A stretch of DNA of 63,725 bases, counting the filler, from Diploschistes diacapsis (Eukaryota), in NCBI GenBank assembly GCA_023645945.1. It is 23 parts of 23 records of this genome, joined end to end, with 100 filler letters (N's around TTAATTAATTAA, not from the genome) between each part and the next. Parts side by side here need not be neighbours in the genome. Positions count along the whole stretch, not along the records: positions 1 to 19,011 come from JALAIB010000386.1; 22 more parts are not named here. The stretch is one strand, 5' to 3'. Each line of letters opens with the position of its first letter. Position 1 is the first letter of the stretch. Below the pieces are notes generated by a model. The model saw only the letters and a list, made by a program, of their open reading frames with translations, was not told the DNA's origin and did no database searches. Position numbers and translations under genes: made by a program. Below are positions 1 to 14,125 of this stretch, in pieces.

Positions 1-20
1 TCTATGATCTGTAATCCCCT

Positions 21-1528
21 TTAACTAAAAGCATTCCAAGCCCGAAAATACACCACTCCCCCCTTCCCCTCCAAATCCACCGGATCAACAAGCCCATGCC
101 TCGCATCCACGCTCGCCACGCCCCCCCGTTTGCCCCCCGCAACCGTCATCTCCCGCGCCTTCAGCGCCATCCCGTCCGTCGTGTTCACCAGCAGCGCGCT
201 TTTGTCCCACGCCGCGTACGCATGGCCCACCGGCATTCCCGGCTGCACCTCGGCCTCGCGATCGGGTAATACCACTGTCGCGTTATCTCCTCCACCTCCA
301 GCCACACCCTCATCCCTACCTGATGAGCCCGAGCCCGAGCCCGAGTTCGAGCTCCCACTCGCATCGCGGCCCTCCTGCGCATACGGATCCACGACCTCGA
401 ACCCCGCGCTCCACACGACCTTGCGCGTCCCTAGCGTCTGGCGCCCGGCATGATCGAACACGGGCACGGTGAGGTTGCTCCACAGTGGGCCGAGCAGGCG
501 CTGGCGGCGGACTATCTCGGCACTGCTCCAGTTCCGCCAGTCGATGTGGCGGTCCTCGATGTCCAGCTTGCGGGCGTGGCGCGGGGTGCGGCCCCTCTCT
601 ACTAGACTCTGGGTCGCTTGGGTCGTGAGGTCGGTTGTGGGAGGTAGGAAGAGGGCGTGGCAGAGGGAGTGGATGAGTAGGGCGGCGCCAAGGGGGGCGG
701 TTAAGAGTCGGAGTTCTGGGATGGTCATTGTGTTGGGGTGCGGGATGGGTATGCCGGGTGGAGGCGTTTGGGCGAGGATGCGGCCGGCGTCCATTTTGGT
801 GGGGTGCAGGGTCTGGATGGTTATTCCGGTGTGGGTGTCGCCGTGGAGAAGGGCGTGGTCGAGGGGGGCGGGGCCGTGGAGGCTGGAGGTTGTTAGTGAC
901 TGGGGAAGGAAGTTCTCTGTGGTGTAGGCTGAAGTAGTAGAATGAGGAGAAAAGTTTGGGTTGGGTTGCCGGTAGCTTACTCTGGTAGCAGAGATGGATG
1001 CACGTTCAAGCCGCCATATGTGGCGCCCTCAATGAGTCGCCGGGGCACGAGAAGGCCGAAGGATACGGCGATGATTAGGTCGGTGGGCGGTGGCTACCAA
1101 TCGGTTACTTTGGCGACAGACCGAGGCAAAGAAGACTTACAGTCCATCCGGTGAACGTGTCTATTTGATGAAGTGGTAGACCAAGAAGCCGTGCTGTCCT
1201 AGTGATGGGAACTGCGGGAGGTCAATCCAAACCACGAGGTTCTCTGTACGGGCAATGTACCTTCTTTAAATGTTTTTCTCGACGGACCTGTCCATTTTCC
1301 AGGCCTACATACAACATCGATCGATTCGATAAAGTTTCCCTTGTTCTCCGACTCTTTGTGTAAAGCTTCTAACGAGGCGATGCTGAAGTCATCCGAGCCG
1401 CAGAAGAGGATGCGGAGCGGATCGAATGCTTTACGTACATACTGGCGTCGAGGAAGCAGATAGGAGCGCCAATGTGAAGCTTCAGTGCATTTTTGGACCC
1501 ATAGGCTTGAGCGAAAGGTAGGAAGCAT
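21..1528 (-). CDS. FMT1: Mitochondrial methionyl-tRNA formyltransferase, 4 exons (approx. 1528-1261, 1211-1141, 1093-981, 882-21)
   Basis: Spliced translation gives PLRILFCGSDDFS, LIIAVSFGLLVP, GLNVHPSLLP, LHGPAPLDHALLHGD and TGITIQTLHPTKMDAGRIL, which are formyltransferase motifs. Introns are GT-AG. The N-terminus is Arg/Ser-rich like a mitochondrial presequence. Confidence 0.9.
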
Positions 1529-2131
1529 CACCCTAAGAAGCTTGCATATCACTGAAAATAACTTAATAGAGGATGTGTCAAAAGTGACGCTCGGCCCGAG
1601 AAATCGGTATCTTCGGCTCGGCTTATTATCCGAATTAGTGAGGTATCAAGGGCTTTTGCAGTTGTGCAGCTATACCCTACAAAAGCTTATTCTCCCTTCT
1701 CATGCTAATACAGTCAATACGACACAAAAGGATGGTATTGAAGCATGCAAAGGCAAACTAAATTAATTATAGTCAAACTTCAGCTTCATTTCGGGTTTCA
1801 CAGAGGCTGACTGGCCGTTTTCTACGAGTGGCTTATGTATGGCGCTGATATAACCAGTGTATGTAGTTCAAGAAAGCTACTAGGAGCAGTATAAAGAGTT
1901 AGGAGACTTTTCGTTAATACCTCCAGAGACACATCCTTACATGAGAACTTGCGAACTTGGCGAATACATCAATGCAGGATATATTAAGGTTAGTAGGTCC
2001 TCGGTCCTCCTTTCTCCTTTCAATCCGTTACGCTGTCTCTCCTTACCTATCTGTGTCCGATTTCCCTGAGCGAGAATTAAGTCGTGTCCTTTTTCTCGCA
2101 AATTAAGTAGCCTGCCAAGGTCTACCCCAAG

Positions 2132-2960
2132 ATGCTATACTCCGTTCTCAGACCGTTCGCGCTCAGTGCTGCATTTCCTCTGTTTCTATCTGCAAATCTC
2201 TGACCAGTCATTGCCCTTATAACAATCCAACAATCTGTTCCGAGGACACCATTACTGTCATGAAGCTGCTCCGCATGTCGCTCTTTCAAGTCAGCAAGAA
2301 CCTCTACAACTAGCAGACATACTACGACGACTATATTAACTGCACCGTCCCGACGCCATCGCTGCAATACCTCAACGGTACCCAAAACTGTCCAACACAA
2401 ACCAGCTCGTCGCTCAGAGCTACGACGCAATCACAAACAGCTTCCTAACATTGCCCAGATAATGTTCCCCATATGAAATACACCGCCTCGCACCCACGCG
2501 CCTTCTTCTCCGACTTTGCACAATATTACGCTGACCTGCCGATCGAAATGAACGTCGTCGTGAATCATCCTGGCTCTGCCTATGCAAATACCAAATCTAC
2601 TCTCCGTACGCCGCGTATGACGCGCAACAGACAGAATATCACCCCGCACCAGGTGTGGGCCGGGAAATGGTTGAGTACGGGCCACCGCCCGGAGGACTGG
2701 GCACTGCCAATGGGACCAACTTGCCAGGCAATGGCACTCTTGATCAGTATCCCGGAATGTCTAGCTTTGCAAATGCCATCAGTGACCCTGGGTATGCGTT
2801 GGGGTTGAGTGATCTTCAACCCAATTCTTCTTCGAACAAGGATTGCACGAGACTCCGGCGGGCTTCGAGTACGGACCCACATGCAAAGACTTGGAGGCTT
2901 CCAGTCCACCTCAGCCTGTGCTTCCTATTTTTTAGGACTGGAGGCACAGGCCATATTTGA
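2132..2960 (+). pseudogene. Possible decayed gene for a secreted protein of unknown family
   Basis: Signal-peptide-like start MLYSVLRPFALSAAFPLFLSANL is cut by TGA at 2201. Coding-like frames continue (YNNPTICSEDT..., TAG at 2311, QTYYDDYINCTVPTP; ORFs 2473-2808 and 2655-2960) with frame changes. No family recognised. Confidence 0.3.
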
Positions 2961-3471
2961 AAGGGTAAGTTGAGGGAATAACTTACACGCTATGGCGCCG
3001 GTCTGTTCTCTGGGGCCGGGAGTGAAAACATCCACAAATGATAATGAGGAAGGCAAGCAATGCTCAACATTTATTGAAGACTAATCAATGTATACAAGGC
3101 AATCAACACCTTATGAGTAGATCTTGAGCTAAGGGAAGTCATGAAATGCGTAACAAGCGATCTATAGAAGACATTGAGTGTCTTCTTCTCGGGTGATAGC
3201 CATGTACCCTGCACACGCTGCACATGACTCGATACTTTGCGCTCAAACTTCTGTCAAACTATCCTGTCTGCTCGTCCTCTGAAACCCATGTATATACTTG
3301 ACATATGGTAAGTAAAGTGCACGTGACTCGATTCTTGGCACTTTGCGACCTCCGTGATCCTTTCATTGTTTGTAAACTTACCTTTTCATTATTGCTGTTC
3401 CCCTCCGTCAAAGTCAAAGTCTAACGGCGACGCACCTTTTCAACCAATGCGCGCTACGTAGATTTGAAGAA

Positions 3472-4217
3472 ATGGACACCGCTTCCGAGAGTCAGCCGCT
3501 TCTGCGGGGAGGAGATAACGCAGCACACAAGCTGAGTTGGCTACGCCTGCCCGGCGAGGTTCCATCAGTACAGACCAGTCGACAACGCACCCAAAAGCTA
3601 TTAAACTCAAAGTACGGCCATTATTTTGTACTCATTCTTGTCTCCGTAGACGTGCTGGGCATTTTCGCGGATTTTCTCATCAGCTTGTACCTCTGCGAGC
3701 ATGAGTGCTGCCAGGTCAAAGAAAATTATCGCGGCTTTCACGACGCACAAAATGTACTGGGGATAGTGAGCTTGGTTTTTAGTTGCCTCTTCATGGTTGA
3801 GTTGATGGTCAGCATATGGGCATTTGGAGTTCAGTAAGTTGTATCCCTTCCAAAGCCGACACGCGTCGTAACCTTCGCAGGTACTTCAAGTCCTGGTTCC
3901 GCTGCCTAGACGCAACAGTCATTATCGTCGGCTTCGTAATTGATGCATCACTTCAGGGCTTGCCTCTGCTGGAGGAGGTGGGCTCGGTCGTAGTGGTTTT
4001 GCGTTTATGGCGGGTTTTCAAAATCATAGAGTAATCGTTCCCCCCCCCAAGTCCTTCTAAACCGTTGAGATTGCTCATCATAGTATCTAGAGAATTCAGT
4101 ACAGGCGCGCAGGAACAAATGGATACCATAGCGGAACGCATCGAGGATTTGGAGGAGGAGAAGAAGCAATTGCAGAAAGAATTGGCCCATGCGAGAAGTG
4201 AAGCGGAGCGCCGGTAG
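3472..4217 (+). CDS. Voltage-gated proton channel (Hv1-like), 3 exons (3472-3833, 3881-4030, 4091-4217)
   Basis: Four TM helices with an S1 Asp (LVSVDVLGIFADF), S2 FMVEL, S3 LDATVI and S4 LRLWRVFKII, followed by a coiled coil (IAERIEDLEEEKKQLQKEL). No pore domain. Confidence 0.88.
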
Positions 4218-4913
4218 CCCAGAGTTTGGCACATGAGGGGGGATCATTAATGCAACGAATGAGGTAAACATGCAGGTACAGGTGTTCGGGCAAACTGAAG
4301 GATCTGTCCAATGTGTGTAGATATATGACTTGGACAGGTTTAAAGATTCCGCGCGCCTGCTCGCTTGTGGAGCCAATGCGCGCTTTCCAGGAGAATAATC
4401 TTCACGTGTGGAAGAAACATGCAATTTCGAGACAAAATGTTCTTTATAAATTGATATTATTAGTATTTGTGGGCATTAAGGTGCAATATTGTATAGCCAC
4501 GTAAGATATGGCCAAAACAGCGCACAAATCGTTCAACGGCCGTTTTTAGCTGAAGATTTTCGTTCGGCTGAGCCTTAAGACCGACCGCTGTAGGCAGTGC
4601 TTTGCTCAGCGTCACTTGTTAAAGCCCACTTTCCCATTTCCTAAACACGCGATCTGCTCTCTGCTGCATTCACCCTTTCGACATCACGGCGAGAATCGCC
4701 GGAAGCCTTTTGAATGTCCATCAAAGGAAGTACTGATCGATAGTCCTCTCCTTCTTCACCTTTGTCCCTTTATTGTTCACCTGAAAACCCTCAACCAAGG
4801 ACGACCTAGACCGCTCGTTACTCCTGTGTATCATTTCGACCTTTGTGCTTGATTAAAGGATCAGCAACAAGTGAAGGGCCACGCGAACAAGATTCTCTTG
4901 CTCAGCGCCCATC

Positions 4914-6664
4914 ATGGGGCAAACACTTTCCGAACCTGTAGTCGAAAAGGTATGTTGGCCATCTACTAGACGTCGGTGGACCACGCAGGCCATTATGGGA
5001 TCTTGGGGGCCGTGGCCGCCTTCGTGTGCTTTTCTTCTCTTCACTCTACTAGTGAGCTGATGAGTTCTTTTAGACCTCTTCTGGGGGACAGGATGATCGC
5101 TGCGTGTATGGCCTTTCGGCAATGCAAGGGTGGCGCATAAGCATGGAGGATGCCCACGCTGCCGTTCTCGACCTCCAAGCCGAATACGAAGGGCATGAAT
5201 TCAAACCTGCTTCAGTGGAAAACCGACTGAGTTTCTTTGGCGTGTACGATGGCCACGGTGGAGAGAAAGTTGCAATCTTCTCGGGAGAAAACGTGCATAA
5301 AATCATCGCCAGACAGGAAGCATTCAAGCGAAAAGACTACGAGCAGGCACTCAAGGATGGCTTCTTAGCAACCGACAGAGCTATTCTGAATGGTGTGGTT
5401 ATACAGGAAACTGCCTCGCCATCTGTCACCTGCTAATTGTGTTGGGCAGATCCAAAGTACGAGGAAGAAGTATCTGGCTGCACTGCATCTGTGGGCTTGA
5501 TTTCCGAGACTAAGATTTATGTTGTGAGTGCAGAGCGCCCCCATACCGAGCTGGCACCATCTCACGACAGTAGGCCAACGCAGGTGATTCAAGATCGGTT
5601 CTGGGAGTCAAGGGGCGGGCGAAGCCCTTGTCTTTCGACCACAAGCCACAGAATGAAGGTCAGATAACTGGCACGTCACTCAAGATTAATCTCCTAACAT
5701 CTGTACAGGCGAGAAGGCTCGTATCTGCGCTGCCGGCGGCTTCGTTGACTTTGGTCGCGTTAATGGGAACTTGGCTCTTTCCCGTGCCCTTGGGGACTTC
5801 GAATTCAAGAAGAGTGCCGATCTCTCACCAGAGCAACAAATCGTTACCGCCTTTCCAGACGTTGTCACACATGAGATATCTCCGGATGATGAGTTCCTCG
5901 TTATCGCCTGCGATGGTACGCGAAAGATCATATTCTACTCTCTTTCCACTCTAACTAGGACCAGGTATCTGGGATTGCCAAACCTCCCAAGCTGTGGTCG
6001 AATTCGTAAGAAGAGGCATTGCGGCGAAACAGGAGCTACACAAGATCTGTGAGAACATGATGGATAATTGCCTTGCCTCAAATAGCGAGACTGGAGGAGT
6101 TGGTTGTGATAACATGACCATGGTCGTGATTGGCTTGCTCAGGGGCAAGACTAAGGAACAGTGGTATAACGAGATCGCCGAGAGGGTCGCCAATGGTGAT
6201 GGCCCGTGTGCTCCGCCAGAATATGGTCAGCAAGACTCCGAGCTTGATTAATCGTTAGTAGTGTACTGAATCGAGCAATAGCCGAATTTCGAGGACCTGG
6301 TGTTCGCAGGCAGTATGAAGACTCTGGTGATGATTTTGATTTAGACACGGACCAGCGAAATCGAGGAACGGGTGGTCGCGCCGGACGAATAATCTTCCTC
6401 GGTGACGGAACCGAGGTCTTGACAGACAGCGACGAACATGAAATCATGGACCATGAAGACGAAGAGAGCGACCTCAACAGTCATGCTGTTTCAGGCGACC
6501 ACAACGAAGGCAATAGGAGCGAACGAGAAGGCACGCCAGGGCCTGAGCCCACCAAAGAAAGTGGTGAGCAGTCTAGGACCGAGGCCGCACCATCCGCGAC
6601 TGAGTCATCGGAATCGACCATCAAGCAAGCGGCCGACGAGGTTCCAAAGAAGGCCGCTGAGTAG
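4914..6664 (+). CDS. PTC2: Protein phosphatase 2C (Ptc2/Ptc3 type), multi-exon
   Basis: [12 protein letters not shown] start, [71 protein letters not shown], with canonical introns. Confidence 0.93.
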
Positions 6665-7325
6665 ATATCAGACACAGTGTTTCTTGATTCCCTCGATAGA
6701 CCATCCAACGCCATGCAATGCATTTCAGGCTAATCAGGGAAATTTATGCATGAAGCTACGAAGATAAGAAGGGAGGCTAGGCTGTTATCATGCAGGCCGA
6801 GTATGCCATGTGATGAGGAAGGAGTTTAATTGTGTTACGTGTACTGAGTATTGAGGATCTTTTGTCGTCTTTCATGGACTGAACCACCAATACCCCCACA
6901 TATCGAATGCAGTGTTCCATTTGATGACAACAGCCGCTGCTCTGCTTTTTCCTTGCACGTGACACATAGGAACACATATCATTCACTCAATTCTCCCTTC
7001 AGATTCTCACAGATCTCTCGGAATAGGGATCAACAATATGCTATGCGTGTTAGTTACTCGATCACTGCATGCAAAGCACTCTCTGTACTGCTGACAGGTG
7101 CACTTATAGAAGATAATTACTTATTTTGATGTATCTACGGTTGTCTTTGCATACTAGTTCACCGGCACAAGATATTTTATCAGACCAACAAAGTAAGCAC
7201 CAAATGCTAGTACTTTTGCTTTACACAAATAACAAAAGATCACAAGTTATATCGCCACCAATTGCCACTTACTAGGTACCGAAAGATCCCTATTCTATCC
7301 TATTTTGCCTCTCCCTCCAATAGCC

Positions 7326-8513
7326 ATGGACACATCAGCCCCTGACCTACCTTTCCTTCCTCCCACATCTCCGTCCTTACACCAGCGACTCGTTAGCATT
7401 TAGCATTCGAGCGCTCTCAACGCGCCACTTCTTCATCAGATTCCTCAATTTACGCCGATCCTTTCTATCCTTCCTCTCTCCCTAATCGCCTTCCCCACCC
7501 TGGCACACCCATCCGCACCTCCCTCCACACACCCGCCCCACTCTACACTCTGCCACCAGGCCTCGCCCTATCTCTCCTAATTTACACATTCCTCACCTCA
7601 ACGGGTGACCCAGTACCAGTGTCAGCATACGTTCTCTGGCCCTTCACGGCCCGCACTTCCCCCTCCCGTACAAGCTCCTCTTCAGCACCAGCGGATAGCC
7701 AATCTAAAGATCAACAAGCAAAGACCTGCCACATAGTAGCCTGGGCTCATGGCACCTCCGGCTTTACCCCCAACGCTGCGCCCAGCCGCCAAAAGAATCT
7801 CGGGACAGTAGCGATTAGCCCTGTTACGAACTTGTTAGGCTGGGCTGAAAAAGACGGAAAGGAGAGGCAGGAACAGTTTCTCGGCCGCGGCACGGAGAAT
7901 TTGATAAGTGCCATTACACCAGGGGTGAAGGATGCTTATCCGGTCTTTGATCAGGCGGATGTGCTTATGGAGGTTGGGGTGGAGAGAATGGATCATGTTA
8001 TCAGGCTGCAGGGATGCTCGGGAACGAACGAATTTGGCTCTCTTACTCGGAACGGATCCTGAGAAAGGAGGGCAGAGAAGGACGGGTAAGGGAGAGGAGG
8101 AAAGGAGGCTGCTTAAGCCGACGTGGCAGGGAAATGAGTACGTGCGGAAATACGCGGAGGCTTCTGTGAACGGAGGGAGATTGATATCCGGGCCGCTGTT
8201 GGTGATACATGGCACAGCGGATCCTGCGCTTGCGTGTGAAGCTACGACTAGGGCTGTCAAGGAAACAATGGGGAAGCATCCGGAGGCGATGGTGGAATAT
8301 GTGAGGCTGGAGGGGGTAGGTCATAACGGGGCCTGCACGGCGGGGCAGCATTTGTGGATGGATTGGATTCGCGAGAGATTTGAAGGGAGAGAACTGCGGA
8401 AAGGACTGAGGGAAGAGTTGGTGGAGGGAATCATGGGGAAGGGGGATGAGAGGCATCAAGGGGAGATCAACTGGTGGGTGGCGCCTGTGGAAAGGGCGTT
8501 TCATACGCCATAA
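7326..8513 (+). pseudogene. Secretory-lipase-like alpha/beta hydrolase pseudogene (internal deletion plus frameshifts)
   Basis: FERS...DPFY, YTLPPG, VPVSAYVLWP, VAWAHGTSG..APS, GTVAISPVT, PLLVIHGTADP and GVGH motifs are present. No GxSxG motif; frame change near 8020-8040; duplicated TAGCATT near 7395-7408. Confidence 0.7.
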
Positions 8514-9008
8514 AAGATGTTAGCACGTAAAAGGTAAGTGGGAAACGGGGCGGCGTCCGTGCGAAGCCTTTGATATGGGAAAGCCTTTCTCGACCGCTCA
8601 CCTCAGACCATCGGTCAAAGTTGCGATATGGTGGAGTTTCGTGCTGTCGCCTCCGATAAGGCGTACAATGTCCAGTGAAGCAGCCCACATGAGCGATCAT
8701 ATCATAAAATTATCACTGTCCCGACCCATGTTCGAAGAGACGCAAGACAATTAATTCCGTTATTATTCTCGGACGGACCATGTTAAACGTTTTGAATGTC
8801 TTTAATATTAGCCTGGACCGTTGAAAAGACTCTTGGGATACCGACCCAGTAGACGCGTAGAACGAAATATATCCGATGCCAAGCTTTATTTACTGTTATT
8901 CTTGAAGGATGCCGGTTTGAGGCGTCGCGACACCAGCTTCCATCTCACTAGCTGGCAGATTGGACTAGCATCTTGCGCTGTTGGGCGTGGTGCTGGGTCG
9001 ACAAAATA

Positions 9009-12000
9009 ATGTTCTCGCCAGATGCGACCAGTCAAAATACGCTCTCTCTTCGCAATCCTCGACGCCGCCCCAGGAACCCGTCCGGGGATCATCTTGGTTC
9101 ACGCCATGCTACGAAGAGGAGGAAACGGTCATCGCTCACCCCCTCAACGTTCGAAGGCCCTTCGAACAACCTCAAGGTCAACGGTCACTTGGGCAAGGCC
9201 AACGGGGACCATGTGCCAAAGGAGCAGAGTCCCGAGCCATCACTTAAACTAGCCAATATTACAGAAAAGACCAGTCTCGCGGTTCGACACAAACCAACTA
9301 AGCCAGAGAAAGAGAAGAAGGCAGTGCGACATGCAGAAGGCATAGTACTGGTAAGGTTTGGTCTATACATTAGCTAGTTAAGTTGCTCACATCCTCACAG
9401 ACCAAGTGCAGTCAATACGTTGTCACTAAAGAGCCAAATGTTCCCGATGAGGTGCACGATGTTATCCGAGGCAAAGGTAGGCCTCACGCTCTCTTTTTGT
9501 ACTCGAAACTGAATTTCAAGTAGAACCGTGGCAAGCTCGATTCAACGAAGACCTCGGCTATGCTATCATCTTCACCTACGCCAAAGCCATCATATGGCGC
9601 TACTCACGTTCAGACTCCAAGCCCAGCATATCACGTGTCTTGACTATCAAGTTGCCGCAGATACCTATAAAGCCTAAGGATCCACTTCCATTGGGCACCC
9701 TTGTCCATGATTCCTGTGCTGGAGAGGTAGCTCTCCTCGTGCTCCAACATAATGGGAAGATCAACTACTGGGAGTCTGTAACGGGCGCCGCGCATGCGGA
9801 TACGATGCGACAGAAGCAGCAAGGAATACATGGGTCTCTTAGTGGTCTCTTGTCGAAAGAAGTAGTGAATGATGTTGCCAATGCTGAGCCCGATGGCTTC
9901 CTTCTCACAACAAATGCTGGCAGGATCATTCACCTTTCAGTTCGAGATTCTCAAGGAAAGTTGGCTATAACGACAGAACTCCTGCGGGGCAACGGCTCTA
10001 TCAGTGGCGGCCTCTTCGACGGGTTCAGGAATCCCTTTAGTGGCTCTGGCTGGCAGAAAGATATTGCCGCAGCAAGATGCGCACCATCGAAAGGCAAGAG
10101 CCGTCGAAAATGTGTCGTCGTTACAAAGCAGTGCATTTTGCAGATTTGGGATTTCGCCCGCCACTCCGCGAAAACTCTCGATAGTGAGATTAATGCAACA
10201 CAAGCTATCCTTGATTCTGTTCAGCCACTATCCCATAGTAACAAGCGTGGCGAGCTTCAAGCTATCGATTTTGCTTTCTTTCCCAGCCAGCGCAGCGACC
10301 AGCCTGACTCTCAGCATATCCTATTGCTTGTGGGCTTGAAATCAGGACAAGCAACAAGCTTCTTCCTAATCGAACTCAATCTCTATGGCGGGACGCTGCA
10401 TGTGAACCTTGTCCGTCCGGTTACGTGCTACGATCAAGCTGTTGAAGATGATAGGCCGTGGCTAGCTGCACGGTCCAGGGTTCTCCTACCGCATCCCGCC
10501 CACACGGCGATCATCAACTTTGATACATTCTATATCATGATCTCTTTGGCTCAAGTTGAAGAGGGACCTTCATCGCAGCTCAAACGCGAGTCGGATTTGT
10601 TGTCTGAACCGTTCCAGGACGTTCTTTTCTTCGCTCGAGACCGCGACTTCCACGTCGTCGGATGCACCATTCAGTCACCCGGCTCAAGCTCAGATCATGC
10701 ATCCTGCCTCTTCCTCGTCAACAACCTTGGCCTTGTGCAAACAAGTGTTTCGCAAGCAAACCCAGAAGAGCCCCCTTCTGCCCGCAGAGCTGCTCTCTGT
10801 CGATCAAAGATCGAGCAAGCTGTATTCTTTGGTGAAGCACCTTCTAGATTATTCGACTTTTCTCGAAATTTAAGCGTTGTCGATTGGCAATCCGAGGAGA
10901 TCGAAGAGGCTGCTTTGCAGATCAACGACTCGATTCTCAATAGCAAGTCTCCCTATGTATCCGCCATAAACCCGTCGATGGAGCACCAGTTGCAGGATAG
11001 ATCAAATGCTCTTAAAGAACTGATCAAGTCCGTCAATCGGTGGACTCTGAAAGATTCGACAAAGTGGCAACTTCTCTGGAGTGCGGAAAAGATGGCAGCT
11101 GCAAGAGCAGTTTGGCAAGCGTATTCTTCGCACCTCTCAAAGCGAGACAAGCTGCAGATTATTCACAATGACGAAAAGATTCTTCTGCTTCGAGAAGCAC
11201 TGGACATGCTGAGCGAAAGACACAAACATGAGGCTCGGTCAGAGCGTGGAGAGACCGACGTTGTTCGCCACTACTTCGTTAACGACATTGCAAACATTGA
11301 GCTGGTAGTTTCTTGGGTTGCGCATGCTCTAAACGAACTATATCGTGAGGGTCTTCAGGACATCGTCAAGCAGGCCTTGCTTGTAAACCAAGCGAATGAT
11401 ATTCAAATCAGCGCCCTGGAAACCGCATACAGATTCCGCGAGAAGAATGCCGAGCTATATGGAATTCCACGGCTATCGATTGAGGATGGGATTTATACTG
11501 GCAGCTATCGTGATTTCCCGGATATCTGGACATCGTGCGCGGAAAATGTCGTGAAGGTTAAAGATCTTGCGGTGCTCTCGCGTGAATGTGCAAAGGAGAA
11601 TGCGGAGCCCACCGAGGACAACCAAGAAGAGCTTGATATAACAGTACTTACGAAATTAGCCTCGGATTCTGCGCGCCTCGCCAGCCTTGCTTGTCAACTT
11701 TTCGAAGAGCGATACCGTTTTTTGAAGGATCACCTTGGCGCGACTGATTCCTCAGCTGTGTCCAACTTCCAGGATGATTACTTCGCAACGCGCAGGGAGC
11801 TTATCGTCAGATTGGTGGATGTTGAACTCCCTGCAGAAGGCATTAGGATTGCAGAGAAATACGATGATGTTGTGGCTCTTGCGGATGTCATGAGCCAAAG
11901 TCTTTCGGTGATGCTCGAGCGTGTAGGCAATGAAACGACGCCCGAGGATGAAGTGGCTGAGCTCATGACAAAATTCGAGCAATACAAAGAGAAAATACAG

Positions 12001-13273
12001 ACTTACTTTCAAAAGTATGGCTTGAGGTGGGCGGACGCCTATTACACACAGAAGATGCGGGATGGGTCCGTCACGGCCGTGCTGACAGACGAACGACAAC
12101 TAATGAAAGAGTTCTTGCAGAGCAAGCCCAATCTGCTAAAGATTAAGTGGATGCATGCGGTTGGGGTGCGGCAAGACTTCAAGGAAGCTCTGCAGGACCT
12201 TCTCAAAGTCAACACTATGGAAAACAACATATGGAACAAGAAGGTTGAGCTCAGCATGGCTAAGCTATCCATCCTTGCAGCCAAAGAGACACAACAGATG
12301 AACGAGGACAGCGTGCAAGCGTCCATGCGGCATGCTGATCGTCGGTTGGCCGCGATAAGGATACAAGAGCAGCTGTACTCCTTTACTCGTCCATTACTAC
12401 GCACAGCCCTTGACCATCAAGCAGAGACTGATCTTGCGATGGAATCATTTGCCAAATCGCTGAAGAAGCGTCCAGTGCTAGCGGAGAAATTACGACAAGG
12501 GCTAGGGAAGCTGGTGAGCAGGCGTGCCTTGCCGGAGGAAGAACTAATTGACACTCTCACCCTGATGACCTGTCCAAGCCATGCCCTGGACGACGAGGAC
12601 TTTGCGGGCAAGCGGTTTTTCTTAGCATTGTGCGTCGTGAATAACACCTCAAGCGCGGACATCGGGTGGAGCCGCCTGCAGCAGCAGCTTATCTGGAGGA
12701 GGTGCATCCTGCAAGATGATTGGGAACAGATGAACAACACCGAGTACAAGGCCGATGAGGCGGTTACCGAACAAACTGAGGGAACAGCTCTTTTCAAGAC
12801 GCTGCTGGCTGCTCTCTCGGAAGGTTCGTCCAGCAAATCTTGCTGCTCGCACACTGTGCTAACTCTTTTCAGGGCTTTCTGATGAACTACCTCCCCTACC
12901 TCCCTCCGAGCTCCTCGGCGACGAAATTAACCCTGCTGCTCTGCGCGCATCGCCACGGTTCCATTCTGTACCGGACGCTACCCTGGAAGCTCTGTGTAAG
13001 GATCTCGCGGCCGAAGCCAGCACCCTGGCCCGGGTCGTCGAAAAAGGCAGGCTTCAATCATGGTGGCCTGGAATTGTGGATACGGCGAAATCTGCGCTGC
13101 GTAGGAGAAGAGATGCCGAAGGTGCGACTTTGGCGCAGCAAGAGGAGGAGAAGAGGAAGATCGAAGCGAAGCTGCTGGGCGGCGAGCTGCCGAACGGGCT
13201 AGCGAATGGAGTGCATCACTCGAGTAGCCCGGAGTCCAACAAGGATGGCGATGGGGACGTGGTTATGGGTTGA
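9009..13273 (+). CDS. NUP133: Nucleoporin Nup133, 4 exons (9009-9350, 9401-9476, 9524-12823, 12873-13273)
   Basis: MFSP...LRNPRRRPR start typical of filamentous-fungal Nup133; N-terminal beta-propeller-like region (GKINYWESV); KIEQAVFFG; KKVELSMAKL; LIDTLTLM; LIWRRCILQDDW; TALFKTL. Confidence 0.88.
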
Positions 13274-14125
13274 GCTCTGGAGCTAAGATGAGGGATTTGT
13301 TGAATGTGCTGGGGGTAGGTAGGATATGGAATGTGGATGCTCCGAGTGCTCGCGCAATGACTCTCCTACCACTGTCTATAAATATTAATGGCATTGGGCT
13401 GGAGCCGATCATCGGCTTGAAATACCGATCGCTGACAGTTGAAAACATTGTCCTCGTTTCAGAAAAGCATCCTTGGGGGCGATTCGGTGGATAAATCTTG
13501 ATTCTCACCAAAATGCTTTCAAGGATGCCCCTATATACTTGGACAACCATAGAACTTATGCGTATCTACCCCTTTTCCCGAATTTTCTACGCCTGATGTT
13601 TTTAATTATTATGAATCGGCGACTGTTAATATGTTTAATGTTTGGTGTGCTGCCACCACTTCTATCGGTGACTGAAAAGCATTTCAAAAGAAGTCAAGAT
13701 GGAGAATAATCTAGATAGCTGTCCCTTTGGTAGTCGTTAGGAGGGGTGGTATCATAGTGTTGCAATTCAGCAGAGGCTCAAAGGGCTCAGATCACACGCG
13801 GAATGGTATATAACGTTGGGATCTACAGCGATCTCTCCAACCACTTTCAACCCTTGTGAGGCATTACCTTATTACCTTTTTCTCGCCAAATAAGTTAATA
13901 ACTGAGGATTTTGGGATTTTTATCACATCCTTTTCTGGGCTGACGGGTCAAAGAGACTCAAGACTGAGGCCATTATTGGCTTCAGCCTCGTCATGTTTTA
14001 TTCTCATTCCCTACCTCCAGGCTTCAAGGACTGCCCAAGATTGATGTGCAAGTCTCAGTCAAATGGAGGGAGCATTCCTAGGTTTGGCCTCCTCAAAGTT
14101 TCTTTACATAGTCCTTGCCAGCATT

